The notes: generated by a model from the sequence alone, not told the origin. A stretch of DNA of 63,507 nucleotides, filler included, from Polymyxa betae A26-41 (GCA_003693705.1; 7 parts of 7 records of this genome joined end to end with filler, not necessarily neighbours in it); one strand, 5' to 3'; counted from the whole stretch's first letter, positions 13,437-25,612 are shown. Translations and numbers: made by a program.

Positions 13437-14523
13437 TTACCGCGCATACTGGCCCATAATGATATCGAGAACTTCGTTGAATCGATCCCCGTCTGTCCCA
13501 CAGGTGACCTCCAGTAGGAAGATGTTGCTGTTCGGAGCGTCGCTTCCTTTATCTTCCAAGGACCCGAGAAAGGCGTCCGTATACGGCGTTCCGACCGTAT
13601 CCAACAACTCGAAAAATTCATCGGTGATTTCCTTAATCTCTTCTTTGATCAGATCCTTGCGCATGTTGTCATGGTCGAGCATGGTCGAAAGACAGTGACC
13701 CGCTTCCAATAAACCGAATATCGTTCGTCTGCGGTTTCATGCTGGTCCCCTACAGATTAAAAGGTCAGCATACAGATCCCAGAGATAAAAGAACCTTATT
13801 GACCTTGTAGATTTCCAATTTCGTTTGAACCCGTGGATTGTATGTATTACTGAATCGCTCCATCAAAATTTGATACTCTGAGCGAACTGATTCAGAATGG
13901 TCTCAGGATGTCAAATGGTCAACGTTTCTTACGAAATTGGTCAACGTCTTGAACACCCAATTCGATTAGAGTGTTATAGTCGGATTCGGACAAGAAAAGA
14001 GGTGCCGATGCTGTCTGTGACAATTGGGAGGCGACAGTCGTGGAGACTTTTGGGGTCGAGCTCTTAAGCATTGGTTCAGGAATGAAATGAGGATTCTTAT
14101 TGGATAACTTGCAGACGAGATCATTAACCCCAGAAGAGTTGCAGATGAGGCGATTCTATCAAGACCACAATGAATAAGTTGAACAGATTTGAGACTGCAA
14201 AACGGGAAACGAAGGACACTGTCATAAGTGAACAGAGATATACAATGCAGCATCTTAATTGGAGAATAATCTGGAGGTAAATTACACAGCACAATAACAT
14301 AACAACAAAGAGATCAAGAGCAAGAATAAAGCGAAACAGAATGGAGGGAGGGATAGAACCAGAATAAGTGAAATCATTACCGATTTTGAGAAATTTCTCC
14401 TTCCGCTGATGGGCTGAGGAGCGGAGTAATGGGAGTCAAGACAGAACCAGAAAGCAAGGTTGTTTGAGCCCAGGCCAAGGAGGCCAGCGAGCTGACAAAG
14501 CAGGCAATCACTATCGATGACAT
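13437..14523 (-). CDS. putative secreted multi-exon protein (3' end uncertain)
   Basis: Signal-peptide-like MSSIVIACFVSSLASLAWA, GT-AG intron candidates, acidic exon at 13437-13709, telomere-like box just upstream. Confidence 0.4.
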
Positions 14524-15150
14524 TGCAGAATGAAAGCAGAGAGAGATGAGTTCGATTAACAATGAGAGAGCCGCGATAGGGTTAGGGTTTGTTGTTCAGT
14601 TATCACACTGACAGCAGGAATGAAGAGCGTGTCGTTCTGAGCACGCTGAAATACCTGTTCGAGATTATTTATAGTAGGTAGGGTGCCCTAGTTGCTGAAA
14701 CTGAGGATGGTCTCTGGGATGATTCTCACAGGAAGAGATTCCAGAGGGGTTTTGTGGTATGCCGTGGGGTGGCGCATTGACCTCGGAGTCAGTCGGCACT
14801 TGGCCATTTGAGTCCAAATATAGAACGCCCAGTGGCCGATGAAAGCGACCTCACCCGTTTCGGCATGGCTCTCTTGACTGTAGTTACCCCTCCCGAACCA
14901 GCCTGAGAATAGCACCTGCTGATGATAACTTGCAAAATATCAATCAGAGTAGGATTAATCAAAGATTGATTGTAATTATTAATCAATGGCACAAAGGTCT
15001 CGAAGGAGGAAGACCTCGAGAAATTGCGAAATGTTCCATTCATCCAGCGCTACCTTTAGATACACCGATGTTTGGTGATGCCCTTCGGTACATCATTTGG
15101 CTCGAAATCTTTAAGTGATAATTGAGCGTTTACTGTTTGTTCTAGCAGGT

Positions 15151-15828
15151 TTAACGCTTCGTGTGGGTTTCGTTCCATTCGATCACTTTTGGATGTGAAT
15201 GAACGTTCTGAAACACGATCCCAATATTAGTATACGAATCGAGAGCATCAATCGGAAATCCGGCAATACGTCCTAGGAAATTCAGCAGTAAGCAAATGCT
15301 TGAAAAAATCAAGAACTCACTTAGTTTGAAAACCGACGCCAGAGAGTGAAGAAAAAGGTCGGCAATAGTTAAGGATGAGCCAACGCAAAACCCTGAACCC
15401 TGTTTGCCGATATATTGGTCGAGCAAAAAGCAGGGCTTTGGCAGCTTGTTCGTGACAAAGTCTTCGATTAATTCCATCTTCTTATATGGATCTGGCAGTC
15501 GAAACACCGGATTGATATGCACTAAAATGTCCTCAATTTGATCGACGACCATATCAACTTTTAAGGCTTGCAGAGGGTCGTTGGGGTATAGACCAGAGAG
15601 GCGGCCAGCATATCTCAGCATAGCTAATGATTGAGCATAAATTACGCCATCGACAGTGATGGTTGGTAGCTGGCCGAAGGGTGTTTGGGGCTTCGTTTGA
15701 GCCCAGTCCTGGGCCTGGATGCGTTCGTCTCGGAACGGGATGCCTCCGATCACGAATGCCAGGCGAGTCGGCTCTGCTTTGCCGGTCAGATCGAAGTAGC
15801 TGACGGTGATGTCGGGATATTGAGACAT
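15151..15828 (-). CDS. glutathione S-transferase (sigma-like), 2 exons
   Basis: YFDLTGKAEPTRL, TPFGQLP, AQSLAMLRYAGRLSGLYP, VGSSLTIADL; GT-AG intron 15273-15320. Confidence 0.95.
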   Translation of the reverse strand: MSQYPDITVSYFDLTGKAEPTRLAFVIGGIPFRDERIQAQDWAQTKPQTPFGQLPTITVDGVIYAQSLAMLRYAGRLSGLYPNDPLQALKVDMVVDQIEDILVHINPVFRLPDPYKKMELIEDFVTNKLPKPCFLLDQYIGKQGSGFCVGSSLTIADLFLHSLASVFKLSEFLIFSSICLLLNFLGRIAGFPIDALDSYTNIGIVFQNVHSHPKVIEWNETHTKR

Positions 15829-17510
15829 CTCTGGGCGAATTCGATCGTTGAAGAAACCCTTACAAGGGACCCTTGGACAGTCAGCACAGCACGAGGCGAC
15901 TGAATAATGGGTTGCGCAACGGGCTGCGCTCTGTCCCTTTGACTAAGTTGACTAAGTTGACACCGATAGAGGTTTTCATAGGAGACCATGCTGAAGCTGA
16001 TTCAGCATTTCGGGTGATTCGATAAATCTGTGAAACTTCGACGATTTTGGTTTTTTAGTCACAGATCGAGAATATCATCTATCTCGCTATCAATGTTTCA
16101 TGTTGATGTCCTATGGATGGACTTGGAGTATGAAATTATCTACGCTGCTGAATCCTTCCTAAAGTCACCATCGCTTTGGTAGTCGATAAGATTATTGTCT
16201 TGGTTTTACTTGTACCCGAGAGACTACCGAGGGAGAGAGACGACAAATTCGAATCTTACCATTCTCTATGTCTACTATCATGTTAAGTACAGGAATTGGA
16301 TAATATTGTAGGTAGATTAAAAGCAATGGATTCCTGGATTTTCCATTTAAGGGGCTCAGCTCTATAGAGATGTCTATAATCCCATAGAAAACGACGATGT
16401 ATGATTCCGTATGGCAGTAAATAGCACAGCTGACGCCATCACTCGCGTTAATGAATATGATATTAACAGGGCTGCAATTCTCGGGTCTGTAGCATGAAAC
16501 AGGGTTTTAAACCTGGCACAGATCGCTGATAGTAGGGAGCAATGCCCAGCGAGAGAATCGTTTTCAATATCGTTGAAAAGCATGAAGTTGCTTAAAGAGC
16601 ATATGCTGTTAGAAAACAGAAAACCCCAACGGATGAAATTGATAGAGAATCCACGACTATGGATGGGTTCGAATGCACCGACCCGAAGTCAGCACGGGTC
16701 CGCCAAGATACATTCGAATAGGCCTTGCATTGGTCACAAATTTCGTTGTCCAAATAGAGCTATCATACAGGAGCTTGCTCGAAAGGCAACGTTTTCTTCG
16801 AAAGATTGCGACCGTTTTGATGGGCGGCTGTTGCATTGAGGCAGATAATATCATGAATCTGTCAATCCATATTTTGAAGGAGGATCTGGATTCTAGCGAT
16901 CTGACGGTCATCAATGTGTGTCTACAAGTCTTATAGCGAACACCACGAGGTGTGAGGTCCGAAACTTAGATAGAGTCCTACCGGGCCATGGATTTGGGGA
17001 TGAGATCGCTCAGAATGCATTATGGTTGGAATATCACGTTGGTTCGAATCAACATGATATTTCATGATAATAACAACTGAAAAGATTTCTTCATACTGTA
17101 ACATTCAGGAACAAATTGTGCGAAGATATCCGATTTTTGATCAATAACGGTCAAATACAGATATGAAAGGCTCGGAATAATCCTTCAGAATTTTTTACCA
17201 AGAATTCGGATGGCATCACCGGGCGATAACTATTTCGTATACTGTTAAACCGGATCTGGACTCGACCTAGCTCTGACATTGGCCAGCTTGATTGTGTGCT
17301 CTCATGTCCGATTTATTGGCCATGATTGTTTCAGATGTTGGCAATTTGAACGCTGTTAGATCAACCCGGAGATATCAATAGCGTTGACTAACTCAAACTC
17401 AACCAAAAAGTATTGCCTTGGATTGCATTTCTAAGGCGTATAATCACTTCTTCAAACACATTCTACTATAGTTGCAAACATACCTCTCATGTTTAACGTT
17501 ACAGATTCAA

Positions 17511-17581
17511 GCGCTGTTGGTTAAGTGGTATAATAGCTCGTTGCCAACGAGTTGTCCCGGGTTCGATTCCCGGACGGCGCA
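17511..17581 (+). tRNA. tRNA-Gly (GCC)
   Basis: Acceptor GCGCTGT/ACGGCGC, anticodon loop TTGCCAA, T-loop GTTCGATTC; T-run downstream. Confidence 0.95.
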
Positions 17582-17813
17582 TTCAATATTTTCAAGAAAT
17601 CCGTTTCTTTTTTGCCGTTAATGCTATATTTTAATGCTCGAGGCGGAAATGTTTCGTCTTGGATTCTAGACTTAGCTCGTGATTAGACTAATTCAGTAAA
17701 CATTATTTTTTGTCGATTTTTAAGTAATCAAGATTTTAGATTTGAAATCCGCATGAAATGAGGACATCAATGTCAGACAGAGCCTTTCAGATGTGTGATC
17801 AGAGCAGATCTGC

Positions 17814-18294
17814 TTATTGCTTCTCCGAATGTTTCTGATTCCATTCTGGATTTTAGGCTGGCCGATTACCCTTGCATGGATTTGATTGTGAATCTGACGT
17901 TGTTATAGGGATTTCAAAATCAGCAGAAAAGTCGGGAGCAGCCCCTTGAGATGAATTTACACAGCAGGTTATAGACAACCAGATCAATGATCGTTGAATT
18001 CGGACCGATAGCGAAATTCGAGCCATGATAGGAGACGTTTTTGTCCAGAGATGACTATAAAGCCTGCAGGTTATTATTGGCTATTTCATCAAGCAAGGCT
18101 TTGCTCTTATCACAGCCTTTCTCATGGTAACTTTCACCGATCGGCTTGAATATGTTCGCGTTGGATTGAGAATACATCTCGTCATTCAGAGTTATAACGG
18201 CAATCAGGCCGAAGGTCGTCCGGAGTTTGAAACTCTGCCATTGTTCATGCGTTAGACGATGATTCCAGCCTCGCCGAATCGGTTCATCACGACC
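17814..18294 (-). pseudogene. GST pseudogene (not in the ORF track)
   Basis: Manual translation GRDEPIR..RLTHEQWQSFKLRTTFGLIAVITLNDEMYSQSNA..KALLDEI..TIIDLVVYNL..EWNQKH aligns with both GSTs; internal deletions and stops (e.g. 18055). Confidence 0.85.
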
Positions 18295-18933
18295 GAAAAC
18301 GCAACGATACCCCAGACGAAACAGAACAGGCAGCAGGTCATGCGCGTGCAGTACTGTGTAACAGAACAGACATTGGGCAACTGTTACATCCAGTCTCTGA
18401 TCTCAACAACAACCAACGATATTCAAAAGACATCAACCAGCAATACAAAAGAACGCACAAAACCAAACTATCACATGATAAAATCCTGGTACTCCAATGA
18501 GGCAATGAATTGGGTATAGGTTATACAGAGCAAGTACTGCTGGATATCTGGATGTTCGTAGTAGGCTGCCAGACAAAGGATCTCTGCATGTTAATGCGTC
18601 GTAGTTTGCATAATCTGGACGCTCTACAAAGACAAATATTGTGGTGAGCGGAAAAAACTGCCACTCAACAAAGTTTTAGGATTTAGGGTTTTCTGTGAAA
18701 AGTGTCGCTTTGATGGAATATAACAAAACCTGGGTTGTTCACTTCGGAACGGATGACGATTACGATCGAAATCGTGATGGGTAGCGATAGCTCGTCTGCG
18801 GGCGGTGTTTGTACACAGCCAAAATTACAAGCAATTTAATGTTTTTGCTCCGCACGCGGAGTTTTTAGCTTCAATTTTACTATTTCAAGATCCCCATTGT
18901 CCATTGGGGTAATTTGGGGTATGGAGAGCTATC

Positions 18934-19114
18934 TGTTGATGAATATTCGCAGTAAACTATGACCGATGAATATCGATTATATGAATACAAATATTCATTC
19001 TTCTTTGTGACTAACTAACGAGCCTTCTCTCTTAGTGTACGTTCTGTGTCACCAATCATGGCTGATTCTTCAGGTTCAAGTGCTGGACGTTCGTCTGGCG
19101 GGGCAGCACCAACA
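18934..19114 (+). repeat. Copia 5' LTR (181 bp)
   Basis: TGTTG...CAACA preceded by CTATC (18929-18933) and followed by PBS-like GTTATGGGCCCAG. Confidence 0.95.
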
Positions 19115-21405
19115 ACGTTATGGGCCCAGCAAACACTATAAGGGAGCTCAGCTTATTGGAATTGAAAATTATAGCGTGTGGAAAATGATGATGCGTTCAT
19201 TTTTGGATCGCAACGATTTGCAACAGTACGTTGCTGCTGGTAGCGGAGACGATGAACAGCGAACACGTCGGGCCAAGGCTGTATATGACGAAATACTGTG
19301 TTCGATATCGTCCAGTGTATTACCGAGTTTCACGTCTATGAGAAATGCAAGAGACTTATGGCGAGCAGTGGTAGCCAAATTCGAGAATCAGTCCGCGACT
19401 CATGTGAACACTCTGCGTACGCAGTTACAGCGTATGAAACTGTTTGAGGGTTTACGCGTTTTTGGACAAGTCTATTACGATTACAGAAGAACTTCTTCAA
19501 GTAGATCCTCATGCATCAGAAGTCGATTCTATTCAAATGCTGATTACAAATATCAAGACTCAGCGTTATGAGGCTGAACTAGTTTAATTCTTAATGATAT
19601 GGATGGAATGACTATCGATACATTTTGTGATGGTCTCAAACAGTACGAAGAACATCTTTCTATGCGGTTTGGTTCCGGTAAACATAAGAAGAATCAAAAT
19701 AAGGATGAAGAACAGCTCTTGTTCGCTGGTGATCAGTTCCGAGCAAAACGAAACCCCCGATTTCTGAAATGTTATAACTGCGGACGTCGCGGACATTTAG
19801 CGTGGGATTGTTGGTCAAAGAATCAAGATAAAGAAGACAGTCCTGAGGAGCTGGCGTTAACAGCTGATGAAGACATTTCAAATTCATCAACATTGTGTTA
19901 CGTGGACTCCGGTGCATCACGACATATGACCGGATCTAAACACCTTCTGCAAGATTATGAGGACCTGGATAAGCCTGCAGATATTATTACAGCTAATGGC
20001 GTCAAGATGTCCGGGATTGGTGAAGGGAAGATGAAAATGGGGCCATTAATATGAAAGATGTACTTTATGTTACACATCTAAAGACAAGTTTGTTCTCAGT
20101 GAGCGCTGCTACTAAGACTAAGAATGTCGCTGATATTCGTTTTGGTCCGGAAATTTGATATGCCATCTTTCACGGTAAACAATATCAACTAGGTGTTCGT
20201 CAAGGCAAAGCCTATGCTCTGAAAGTTGAAGCAGATGGGAAAGAGTCCCCTATTGATCGAGAACTGCTTCATCAAAGATTAGGCCACCTCAATTATGCAA
20301 CAATGGAGAAAATGATCACTTCTGGGACAGTATACGGAGCCAAATTGACTGGCGCAAAGCCCGATTTGTGCGAGGGTTGCGTAGCGGCAAAATTGAGTCA
20401 GTCTTCTTTCCAAACACGACCAAGTTCCCGGGAGGCTACTGCAATCAACGATTTTATACATTCAGATGTCGTTGGGCCTATGAAATCGCAATCATTGGGA
20501 GGTAAAAAATATGTTGTCTTTTTTATAGATGATTATTCCAGATATGTAACTGCTTATTTTTTGGCGGCGAAAAGCGATGTCTATAACGCATTCAAGGAAT
20601 ATAAAAGGTTCGCGGAAACGTTGCATAAACGTCCAATTGGTCGAATTCGTTCTGATAATGGAGGAGAATACACTTCTGCGAAGATTATCAATTGGCTAAC
20701 GAAAAGCGGCATTAAACAGGAGTTGACTGTCGCAAGGAGACCGCAACAGAATGGAGTTGCGGAGCGTTATAATCGGACTGTTATTGAGATGGCAAGGGCT
20801 ATGTTATTGTCATCGGCGTTAGCCAGAAATTATTGGGCAGAGGCAGTTCAAACTGCTGTTTATATTCGTAATCGATGTTCGTCATCGTGTTTACCCAAGG
20901 GAAAGACTCCTTTTGAGCTATGGGCGCATCGAAAGCCAAGTGTACGTCATCTGCGCGTTTTCGGATCTAAAGTGTGGTATAAAGTTGATCAAGCTGGCAA
21001 GTTTGATCGTAGGGCTCGAGAAGGTATCTTTATAGGATATCCAGCTAATAAGAAGGGATACCGGATTATGGACCAATCCTCAAAGAAAGTTATTGTGAGC
21101 CGAGATGTTGTGTTTCAAGAATCCAGAAAACAACAAGTTGATCTTGATAATGATGAACTGGATATCGAAAATCCGGACATCAAGGTCCTTGAATCTGAAC
21201 CTGGATCCAGAGTGGAAGAAACCCCTGCTAGACGATCCAGTCGAATGCGGAAACAGCCGACCAGATTTAGTGAAGAGCAGACATTATTTTGTTATATTTG
21301 TCAAGAACAAGATGATCCAAAATCCCGAATCGGAGCTTTGAAAGACAAGGACGCAAAAGAATGGAAAAAAGCAATGGAGACTGAGTATAGCGCGTTAATG
21401 AATGC
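19058..21405 (+). mobile_element. Copia gag-protease-integrase (5' half of the split element), frameshifted
   Basis: NYSVWK..M, zinc knuckle CYNCGRRGHLAWDC, DSGASRHM, HQRLGH..CEGC, HSDVVGP, DDYSR, RSDNGGEY, QNGVAER; ends at EWKKAMETEYSALM. Confidence 0.95.
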
Positions 21406-23590
21406 TTGCTTTGTGATTCCAGCAGCAAGCTTTACTGTTGGAGCCAGTGTTAGCGCACCGAACTCGGAAGATCTCGATGAAAGTAGCGGTTCTTAACAGC
21501 CCGAATTAGAAAGCGACTATAATGTCAACGATCGATTGATTGTCGAGGAATCCACTGCAGAGAAGCATCCGTCCAACGGAAAGCTATCAGAACACCAGAG
21601 TTATTGAGCTGACCCGGCGCAATCAGAAAATTAAGCAGAAAGATAGCATTGCTTGGTGCGCTCATGAATTCAGATTGGCTTTATCGCAAGGTTGGATCTC
21701 AAAACTTGAAGAAAAAGTCGAGAAAATTCAGCAACGACAGCAGCATGAATGTGGCCGGGCTGGGCCAGTACAGCGGCGACAAGCAAAAGGGCGGTGAGCA
21801 GAATGGTGAAGAGGCAGGAGGGCATCATGAACGACCGTTAGAGAATCTCTCTCGGACTCCGTGAAGGGTCCAATAAAACTGACGGAGGCCGCGCACTCCC
21901 GCAGAATTGAAAGCCGAAAATATGCGCAAAATTTTCAGAGCCAATGTGAGCGGATCTGCAAATACGGCCGCCTACATAGGGGCAATGAGACAATTTGTTA
22001 TCGCTTTGGAAGAGGACTTGTAATATTTGAAGGTATCAAGATCGCGATATCTTTGATTGTTTGAAGCACACCGAGTTTCGACAGCTGAGGGTCGTCGCGT
22101 TCGTACTCAACTGCAATGAGTTGGTCTTCTGGTGTTGTTGAGTTGATGGAGGATCCACTCATCTTGAATGAGATAGTAGCTGACGTCACTTCCATCGGGA
22201 GTAGGGAACAGTGGTTGATCACTGCTGTTTCTGTTGATTAGACGTGATCTATCCGATAATCTTGTGAACAGGCACAAAAAGGTTCGACTAAGAATTGTGC
22301 CCTCTTGTGTTCCCAGATATGGAATGAAACTTGCGGTCAGATTGGTGACAACAAGATCTGATATGAGCACCCAGCACTGGGCGACCCTAACCCTGTCATT
22401 TCAAAAAATATTGGATGTTGTATGGCTCTACAAACTCTAACTCTGGATATCGATCAACTATGATGGGCTCACTAAGGGATTGGATTCACAATATTCTATA
22501 AAGACAGATACGAATCTTCATTACTGCAGCAATCGTCTCAAGTTTAAGCCCGTGGTTGCCACACATTTGCAAAACATTCAACTGGCTCTTTCTATGAAAA
22601 AAGCCTATTTGTGTTATCAAACGTCGCCGATTGCACCATTCATCTATGTATTTATATCACGCCGATTCCAAGTGTCATAGCAATCCGAGATCTGCTTTTC
22701 GTCCCAGATTTCAAGTTGTAGCAATTGTCACATTTTCTCCGACTTCGGCTTCGACAGAGACTCTGATCGTTCAGAGATCGCAAATCTTCTTTTCAAATCA
22801 AACATTTTTTTCAACATTCTAAAACGAAGGTAATTCATCATCAAATGTCAGTAAGCGACTCGCTTAAAAATGTCGAATCCAGCACCATTATCCACCAAGG
22901 TCGAATAACTTGATTCTAACCCTATCGTGAGAAATCGTCCCAAGACGGTGCCGATGGGATCCCTGACGCAAACCGACGCCAACTCCAATACAAAGGAACC
23001 CGATATGCAAGACAGCGGTCGTCCCGGTCCCCGGCCCAGTACGACCGATTCAACAGACACGACCAAATGAGCAGAAACAGAGTGCCGAACGCTCCAGAAC
23101 ATCCAGCCATGCTGCCCGGTTACGCTTCACGTTTTCTTCCTGAAGGTCGGCAGGATCCTAGAGAGCTCTCGTCCAGCAGATTTGGGCCGTCTTCAAGCTT
23201 GCATGTGATGGCCCGCGATTGGAACGTGACCCCGATTACTAAGGACACTATTTGTTGGTTAATTGTTTATGGCCTCATATAGTGATTCGGGATTCAATCG
23301 GCAACTTCTGAAGAGCTCGCAATCTTATCGTAGATAAGAATCATCAAATGCTAGTCCAAACCTAACCCGAGATGCTTCAATGTTGATTCGAGATTGCATT
23401 GAACTGAGAAAAGGGTAAACTTACAGCAATGTCTCTGACAATGAGAATGACAAAACAACACAAAAGGGGAGGCCATGTGGCGCAACCCTTCTGGCTCGAC
23501 TTGGAGCAGCCACTTTGGCTTTGGATGGTTGTACTGTGGAGTTGCACTGACACCTGGGTTTCTCAGCCTGCCATCAATTTTCACTCGCCA

Positions 23591-23770
23591 CTGTCAGATA
23601 GGGTTTCCTCACTCAACCAAGGCGCAGCCCTCGATTGTCAATGATCCCACGCCTCTGTCAGATAGGGTTTCCTCACTCAACAAAGGCGCAGCCCTCGATT
23701 TTCAATGATCCCACGCCTCTGTCAGATAGGGTTTCCACAGTCAACCATGGCGCAGCCCTCGATTGTGAAT
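23591..23770 (+). repeat. 64-bp tandem repeat (about 2.8 copies) immediately upstream of GST
   Basis: Unit ctgtcagatagggtttcctcactcaaccaaggcgcagccctcgattgtcaatgatcccacgcct starts at 23591, 23655 and 23719. Confidence 0.95.
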
Positions 23771-23804
23771 TTTAAGTGTCTGTTGATTGTCGTCATTCTT
23801 AACA

Positions 23805-24491
23805 ATGGCGCAACAACCCGACATCACCATTACCTACTTCGACCTGACCGGCAAGGGCGAACCGATTCGTCTCGCATTGACGATCGGTGGGATCCCGTTC
23901 AAAGACGAACGTCTCCAACGAGAAGACTGGCTCGCCTTGAAGCCCAAGACGCCATTCGGGCAGCTGCCAACCATGACGATTAATGGTGAGACCTTTGCCC
24001 AATCGCATGCCTTGCTTCGTTATGCTGGACGTCTTTCTGGTCTGTATCCGGAGGATCCAATTCAAGCGCTGAAGGTGGACATGATTGGCGACCAGGTCGA
24101 AGATATCATCCAAAACTTGTACCCAGCCTTCCACGAAGAGGATCCCGGTAAACAGAAGGCTCTGATAGAGGAAATCGTTAAGTCGAAACTACCTGGACCG
24201 TGTTCGGCTCTGGAGAAGTTCATCTGCAAAGAAAAATCGGGATGCTCTGTAGGGTCATCTCTTACCACTGCTGATTTACTCATCTACAATTTGGCGTCGC
24301 TTTTCAAATCTGGTGACTTTTGTTGCTAATGCATTCTAAAACCTTTCTCTTATATTTCCACGTTAGATCGTTTTTCTAAATCCCCGAATAACGCTTTCGA
24401 ATCCTACAAGAATATTAACCGAGTTTATGACACTGTCTGCGGCAATCCTAAAGTCGTCGAATGGAACCACAAACACTTCAAGAATGCCTAA
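23805..24491 (+). CDS. glutathione S-transferase (sigma-like), 2 exons
   Basis: YFDLTGKGEPIRL, TPFGQLP, AQSHALLRYAGRLSGLYP; intron 24313-24366 at the same position and phase as in the paralog; exon 2 ends PKVVEWNHKHFKNA*. Confidence 0.95.
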
Positions 24492-24718
24492 TCGACTGTC
24501 TAAGCAGTTCAGCACAAGTTGGCGACCTTCTTTGATTACTAAATCCGATTGGTTTTATTAGTATATTTGTTTTAAATTAGTCTAGCACAAACCAAGTCTA
24601 GAATCCAGTATTTACAAAGCATTTTTGTTCTGCCTTGGACATCGAAATATCAAGATACCTTTCGAACCATCCCTCTCGAAACCCACAAAATGCGACCGGT
24701 TTTCCTAAAAATTATAAA

Positions 24719-24789
24719 TGCGCCGTCCGGGAATCGAACCCGGGACAACTCGTTGGCAACGAGCTATTATACCACTTAACCAACAGCGC
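24719..24789 (-). tRNA. tRNA-Gly (GCC)
   Basis: Exact reverse complement of 17511-17581. Confidence 0.95.
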
Positions 24790-25373
24790 TTAATTTTATG
24801 TAACATTAACGTCCAATAGATCTAACATGCGACTACACAATAAAATCAGTCAGTGCCAAAACTGGATCGTGCAGGTCATGGCCCTGGGCAAGTACGGCAT
24901 CAAAACGCGAACTCGGAGTCGTTCAAAATTCGAATTTGCAGATATACCTATTGAATACAAGGACACTTGTCATTTCGACTGATTTCTCTAACGGCTTCAA
25001 AATCGTTGCTCTGTAATACAGATCTAATACGAGCAGGTACAGAAGATCGTGAAACAATGTCCTTACTATCAACGATCGCAGTCCCTGATCGTCCGATACC
25101 AAGATCAGTTCGTGGACCAGTACGACCGTCCTCCGGAGGCCGAAGAAATTAGGATTATCCGTTCGGTTGCTGTTTCAACATCCATCCGCCAGCTCTGCTG
25201 GAAAAAACAGGAGGCCAAATACAAATTTCTGCCGCTCCAGACTTAAGATTACAGCATGCCGCATCCGGCAGCATCCTAATCCTAAACACATTTATGTACT
25301 TATTCAATAATGCACTTAGTTTCTGATGGATCGCTGAGGTAATCCCGCATTGGTTGCTCGAGCACTTGCTCGC

Positions 25374-25612
25374 TGTCATGCCCATTGAGCATGACAGTAC
25401 TCGCAGCCGCCCAGCCGACCACCAGGCAGTCGTACTGGCCCTTCCTGAGGGGCTGCGCAGAGGGCTGCGCCCCTGCTGACGATTCCTATAGGGGAAGAGC
25501 CCTAACTGTCACGGACTGCGCGGGTCCCCTCATCTCCATACTATGAATGGCGAGGAGCGGCCTCCACGCAACGATTCCGATCAACTCCAAAATTCATACG
25601 TTTCTCATCTCG
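25374..25612 (+). mobile_element. LTR-like repeat running into contig end
   Basis: Begins TGTCATGC; near-identical to 45762-46006. Confidence 0.75.

Noticed and set aside
18880-18930. Candidate second TIR for the 10456-11135 Harbinger relic after undoing the inversion
   Set aside because: Only weak resemblance (GATCCCCATTG vs GAGCATCTCCA) and no TTA/TAA flank.
11267-19114. 181-bp inverted repeats as TIRs of a giant DNA transposon or DIRS element carrying GST/tRNA cargo
   Set aside because: They have TG..CA ends, PBS, PPT and a shared 5-bp TSD in LTR geometry; a split Copia explains all of them.
23591-23770. Regularly spaced repeats as a CRISPR array
   Set aside because: Head-to-tail 64-bp units with no unique spacers, no cas genes, eukaryotic context.
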